Notes under the pieces: model-generated | The model's input: the letters and a program-made list of their open reading frames with translations, nothing else | The model's database searches: none | Told to the model about the DNA's origin: nothing | Translations under genes and position numbers: made by a program | Part shown: one piece after another, positions 58,603-64,000 of the stretch | Layout: each line of letters begins with the position of its first letter | Numbering within the stretch: position 1 is the stretch's first letter | Assembly: GCA_017499595.2 (NCBI GenBank) | Contig: CM038998.1 | Location: 2,170,001 to 2,234,000 of the forward strand | From: Psilocybe cubensis | Lineage: Eukaryota | Reading direction: 5' to 3' | Length of the DNA stretch: 64,000 nucleotides

Positions 58603-59066
58603 ATCTCCGAGGCCAAAATTTATCCAGAGCGTTTGAGTCGTCAATTAATTTTGAGCTCTTTATAGATTGACGATATGTATTTCATGAATTCAGATGCACT
58701 CTCCGAAGATAGAGAGACGCCACTGCGAGAGTCGTTGTCGTTGGTTTAATTTGGAAGAGTTCTGAGTCACGACCACCTGGACATCAATCGGATAAACGTT
58801 GAAAATCTTAAACAGAGGGCATCCTTCCGGACTTAAGCGGATAAGGGTCCCAATTCAGTATAATTATTTAACCACATATAAAGCTGAAAATAACATTAAT
58901 TAAAGCTAACTAGTAGAATATGTTATATTACTAATTAATTTTACTTTGCATGGCAGCCATTCCCACTGGAGTTCTAGTTATGTAATTTATATACCAACCT
59001 CCTCAGCAGACAGTTGCAGTTCCTTTCTCTCCTTTTACTTTCGTTTACCTCACAGCTCGATTCGCC

Positions 59067-61462
59067 ATGGGAAATGTTGCAAGCTGCTGTGAATCTTGCT
59101 GTAAGTTTTCTCCTTCAGGACTAATGAACGAGAGCTGAGGATTTTCATCAGTTCAAGGGCGCAGGTCGCAGGCGTACGAACCGTTACTCCTAGAAAACGA
59201 GCGCGAAGCTGTAGCAGATTTGCTACAGTACTTGGAGAGTATGTATTAATTTGTTTATCTCTCTTCAACATAGTCTAATGACGATGAAATAGACCGAACC
59301 ACCACCAATTTCTTCACCGGCTCTCCACTTACAGCTTTAACGACTCTTTCTTTCTCCGACAACGTAGACCTCCAAAGAAGTGCAGCTCTCGCCTTCGCAG
59401 AGATCACAGAAAAGGAAGTTCGCCCTGTTGGACGGGACACCTTGGATCCTATTCTCTTTCTTCTCAGTAGTCATGACACGGAAGTACAGCGGGCAGCAAG
59501 TGCTGCTCTAGGAAACCTTGCAGTCAACAGTGAGTTCCTTTGTTGATTGGTTAAACCCACATTTTGTTTACGTGGTCATTAAGCGGATAACAAGCTGCTT
59601 ATTGTTAAACTTGGAGGTCTAGAGCCGTTGATCCGTCAAATGTTGAGCCCGAATGTAGAGGTGCAATGCAATGCCGTTGGTTGTGTCACGAATCTAGCAA
59701 CACATGGTCAACTCTTTTGTTGTTATGAACATTTCGAGTGTTTCTGACCTGTTTTATCAGATGACAACAAGACCAAGATTGCCAAGTCGGGTGCTCTTGT
59801 TCCTCTGACCCGTCTTGCACGCTCCAAAGATATGAGAGTACAGCGCAATGCAACTGGCGCGCTACTGAACATGACACATTCAGGTGCACTTTTATCCTGC
59901 GCTCTTCATACTTCTCTACTTATCTTTTTGATTGATAGACGAAAACAGGCAACAATTAGTCAATGCTGGTGCAATTCCCGTCTTAGTGAGCCTTCTGAAC
60001 TCCCCGGACACGGACGTACAATACTATTGTACGACTGCATTGAGCAACATAGCGGTGGACGGTATGTGAATTCATCTATCCAATCAGATAGAAGCTATCT
60101 TAACACACTTATACAGGTGCCAACAGAAAGAAGCTAGCTCAAAGCGAGCCCAAACTAGTAACCAGTTTGGTGATGTTGATGGATAGCCCTAGTCTAAAGG
60201 TGCAATGCCAAGCTGCACTAGCACTGCGCAATCTAGCTAGCGATGGTATGTATCTTCACATGTTGACTAGTACATTCATTGATATTTGTCTCTACTTGCA
60301 GAAAAATATCAACTGGAAATTGTTAAGGCTGACGGTCTTCAATCTTTGCTACGTCTACTCCAGTCGACTTATCTGCCCCTTATCTTGTCTTCGGCAGCAT
60401 GTGTGCGTAACGTCTCTATACACCCACAAAACGAATCCCCCATCATCGAATCCGGCTTTTTGCAACCTTTAATCAATCTTTTATCCTTCAAAGACAATGA
60501 AGAAGTTCAATGTCATGCGATTTCCACTTTGAGAAATTTAGCTGCTAGTTCAGAGAAGAACAAGAAAGCCATTGTCAAGGCTGGAGCGGTTCAATCTATC
60601 AAAGAGTTGGTTCTTGAAGTCCCCATCAATGTTCAAAGCGAGATGACTGCCTGTGTTGCTGTTCTTGCTTTGAGCGGTGAGCCTTTTAGTCATTATATAT
60701 CCTCTGTATCTACTAATGGCTTATTGTCCAGACGAACTCAAAGGACAGCTTTTGGAGATGGGGATCTGTGAAGTGCTCATTCCCTTAACAAACTCCCCAA
60801 GCTCCGAAGTTCAAGGCAACAGCGCAGCAGCTCTTGGTAATCTGTCTTCGAAAGGTTTGCATGCTTATATTTTTTATATGCTATTATTAATTATCTCGTT
60901 TTGAAGATGGTCGCTCACCGACAGACGATTACTCTGCTTTCAATGAAGTTTGGGATAAACCCGACGGTGGCATGCATAAATATCTACATCGTTTCTTGAC
61001 CAGTTCGGATGCCACTTTCCAACACATAGCTGTTTGGACTATCGTTCAATTGCTCGAATCTGGCGGTGTGTTGTTTTTATTGCTTTGCCTATGACTCCTA
61101 ATCTCTTATATCACATAGACCCACAACTTATCAGCAATATCCGGACATCCAATATCTTGATACCAAGTATCAGAAATTTGGCAATTTCCAGGGCACCTTC
61201 TGCTACATCATCGGTTGGAACTCCTCGATCCCATCACTCACAGGCTTCCTATCAGGATACGGAAACAAATGATGGGCAAGGCGAAATTCAGCTTCTCTCT
61301 CGCAGAATTCTTGACTTTGTAGACATTGATCTGGATGGGTTGGCGTCGACAAGTGTTCAAGGATCTCACATTCAACCAGGATCTTCTTTGGGTAGTTCTA
61401 GTCAACACGAGGAACTTCGGCGAAGTGTAAGAGAGGCGTTTGCGCCTGGGTCGCATCGCTAA
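59067..61462 (+). CDS. VAC8: Vacuolar armadillo-repeat protein Vac8
   Basis: Acylation-type N-terminus [47 protein letters not shown] and multiple ARM repeats ([31 protein letters not shown]). Confidence 0.95.
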
Positions 61463-61727
61463 AACATTCATTTCGGGTATTCTTCTTATGGACGGACTTT
61501 TTGTTAGACTTTTTGTTGTACCCACCTTTTTCTTCGTTCAGAGTCAATCGATCTCTACCATTCTTTGGTATATTACATCTAGTTTCCTGGCAGATTCTAA
61601 TTATAACAGTTCAGTAGGCTTACCCTTTGACATGTAGGTCATTAATCATGTTATAATGGGTCAAGGTTTTATCATTCAGTATTACATGCGTGTGCGCATG
61701 CTGTGTATATTTCTGCATTAACAGACT

Positions 61728-62353
61728 CTATGAACTAGCTTTCTTCTGAATTTGAGTGTGTACATCATAAGCAGGGCCTGCTTCCATGCCTGAAGTACAC
61801 TTAGCATAAGAACCATATAAATATTTGATTATAAGCATACCCAAGAACACATCGGCGGCGTCGATCAACTCGTCTCGTCCCATCAAGACGTCTAGTTGAA
61901 CGTTAGTTTGGGGAGCACTGAGAGTATGCACAGTCTGCGACAAGGTCAGAGGCTAAAGATAATTAAACGTTCTCTTGTACGTACTGTCCCGACAATTTTG
62001 CGTTCCATAAGGCGTCGCATTGGAGCATGCATTCCAAACATGTTACGCTCAAGGGTTAACTTGAGATTGTCCTGGGTAGCTTCCCACTGTAACACATCGA
62101 TTTCACATTACAAACCACATGATTTGAAATAAGAATTCCTCACATTCTCTAAGCGCGATCTCAGACCTCCCTCTGACTGGACTTCAGCGGCGAGACTTCG
62201 AGGTCCATACTGGAGGGTATCGTGTAATCCCAAAGAATTCGCAGTACTCTGGACTGAAGCTGATGGTTTCGAGGAGGCTGGGACGATACGAAGAGACGAT
62301 TCCTAAGTGGACTTCAGTAACAAAGGTTTCATGTCTGACTGGAAACACACCAT
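61728..62353 (-). CDS. UMP1: Proteasome maturation factor Ump1/POMP; the first coding exon is the ATG alone
   Basis: Spliced reading M-ESSLRIVP...GLHDTLQYGPRSLA...RLEN-WEATQDNLKL...RNMFGMHAPMRRLMERKIV...NVQLDVLMGRDELIDAADVF. Mostly missed by the ORF track. Confidence 0.88.
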
Positions 62354-62624
62354 GATTGTGGGGAATGAAGTATAGAGGGTGAAGAGACAAGGACGACCAC
62401 TGTGAGGCTACGCGTAAGTAACAAAGTATATCACGTGACTGCCTAACTTAGGCGTTCATTACTGGATTCTACATGTACAAGCTCAGACTGCTCAGTACCT
62501 AACTTTCCAATAACCATATCCACCTCTGCGTTGCTTAAAGGGTTCTAACTGCCTGGGCTGTGTACATCTACTCTTCGAATACTATCTTTGATTCTTTGTT
62601 GTTTGTTTGTCGTTTAACAACATC

Positions 62625-64000
62625 ATGAACTCTCGCCCTTCCAGATCATCCAGCATTCCCATCCCACGAAGTGCGTCGTCGTCGTCGTCGGCCCGTAACA
62701 TCGAGGCCGTTTTGTCTATCCCCGTAGTATCTCCAAGCAGACAGAACGTTTCGTCTAGCTCATCTGCTCGACTCGTCATTGAACCCCGACGCATCGGTCC
62801 CTCAGTAGATGGATCAAGAGCTATAACCACAGATACCAACATTTCCGTCTCCCCAATCAGATCGACTGCACGATCAGCATCTATAGTGTCCAGCGTTCCA
62901 GGTCGCGCTCAAAGTTCAGTTCGAACGACGTTTGAACCTAGAGTTATTCGCGGCGTAGGCCCAGAGTATTCCGCTAGCGGCGAAGCTGACTATGCCACAC
63001 ATCCTGGTCCATCGCCTCATAATCGCAGGGCCAGCACAGGGACTGTTAGAACTTTAGGTCCCCCACAAACTGTCGTGCCTCAACATATCGTGGCTCATGC
63101 AGGGCACAGCTCCTTTGAAAGGCCCACCTATCTCGAGTATTCTTGCTTCAGGCACTTGTTACAGACTGATGCGTATGCATCCACAGGATCCAACAGGAAA
63201 ATAGACCACAATAAGGTATTCCAATAAACCTTCTTAAGTAATATATATAATGTCAATGTCTCTTCAGACAGATATCGATGATGCTATTAATTCCACGCCA
63301 GCCTCTAGTCGACATTTGACATCAATAGCCCAGCCGCAAGACCAGGTATTTAACTTGCCTACTCGCTGGAGTGAACAACACCGTCACCAAAACCTTACTA
63401 TTTCACCAGATGGGCGCGATTTGTTGTATCACGGTATGCTGTAACATAGCCACGACATTACTCTCCATTTTTTAAATACTTTTTTTGATACAGGACCACC
63501 GTCTAATGGGGAAAAGGATGCTTCTGTTGCTCGAACAAACTACCCAGCGCCTCCACTTTGTGGCATTTACTATTTTGAAGTAGAAATACAAGGCAAAGAA
63601 CAGAAGTCGTAAGTCGCTCTCAATCGTGATTTCAGTGTTTATATTTACTGGTATCAGACAAATCAGTATAGGGTATATATCGTCTTCACTTCTAATTACT
63701 ATATTTTTAAGACCAATTTTTCAGATTTGCCACCCGCAATATCAAGACCACCCGAATGCCAGGATGGGAGCCTAACTCATGGGGCTATTATGGTGACGAC
63801 GGGTCAGCACTAACTCCAGAAAAGGGTGTGTCTTCGTACGGTCCTTGGTTTGGTGGTGAGCACAATACTTCATTTTTGATATCCTCAACTGACGTAGATC
63901 CAGCCAATGACACGATTGGATGTGGGATTGATTTTGCTAATAACACAGCCTTCTACACCAAGAACGGCACTCTTCTCGGCAAGTTTCTTCTTTAACAAGG
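62625..64000 (+). CDS. SPRY-domain protein of the RanBP9/10 (Vid30/Gid1, CTLH complex) type; runs off the window
   Basis: LPTRWS, ARTNYPAPPLCGIYYFEVEI, MPGWEPNSWGYYGDDG, YGPWFG, DTIGCGIDF, AFYTKNG after a long S/R-rich N-terminus. Confidence 0.82.

Noticed and set aside
1-64000. CRISPR arrays, rRNA or tRNA genes, prokaryotic operons
   Set aside because: The sequence is spliceosomal-intron-rich fungal DNA. I saw no repeat-spacer arrays or RNA genes by eye, though small intronic snoRNAs cannot be excluded without a covariance-model search.

Overview
Gene-dense, intron-rich eukaryotic DNA that reads as a mushroom-forming basidiomycete (Agaricomycete): short (~45-60 nt) GT-AG introns, micro-exons and very tight intergenic spacers. 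I can support 23 host genes: PP2C (partial), phytase, VPS20, cyclophilin PPIL2/Cyp8, PPR protein, MIM2, sugar porter, DExD-box helicase, DUF4203 protein, fungal CSL transcription factor, TIP20/RINT1, beta-carbonic anhydrase, TFIIIC Sfc3, an unknown multi-pass membrane protein, SSK2 MAPKKK, RBG2/DRG2, PRELI/UPS2, a LEA-like protein, ERG5/CYP61, a second P450, F-BAR RhoGAP, PIF1-like helicase and VAC8. UMP1 and a partial RanBP9/10-type SPRY gene bring the total to 25. A full-length 5,699-bp Ty3/Gypsy chromovirus (42459-48157) has identical 142-bp LTRs and an ATGAC target-site duplication. Its cis-signals can be read directly: a Tf1-type self-priming PBS, a G GGA AAA slippery site with an H-type pseudoknot, a duplicated internal polypurine tract and a degenerate chromodomain. 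An 8-bp insertion breaks its gag frame. Other highlights are a cluster of CSL-binding motifs in the promoter of the CSL gene itself, and a GC-rich, strand-skewed island with very short spacers and a 33-nt intron-like element. Exon boundaries were read by eye and gene names come from motif recall, not database searches.
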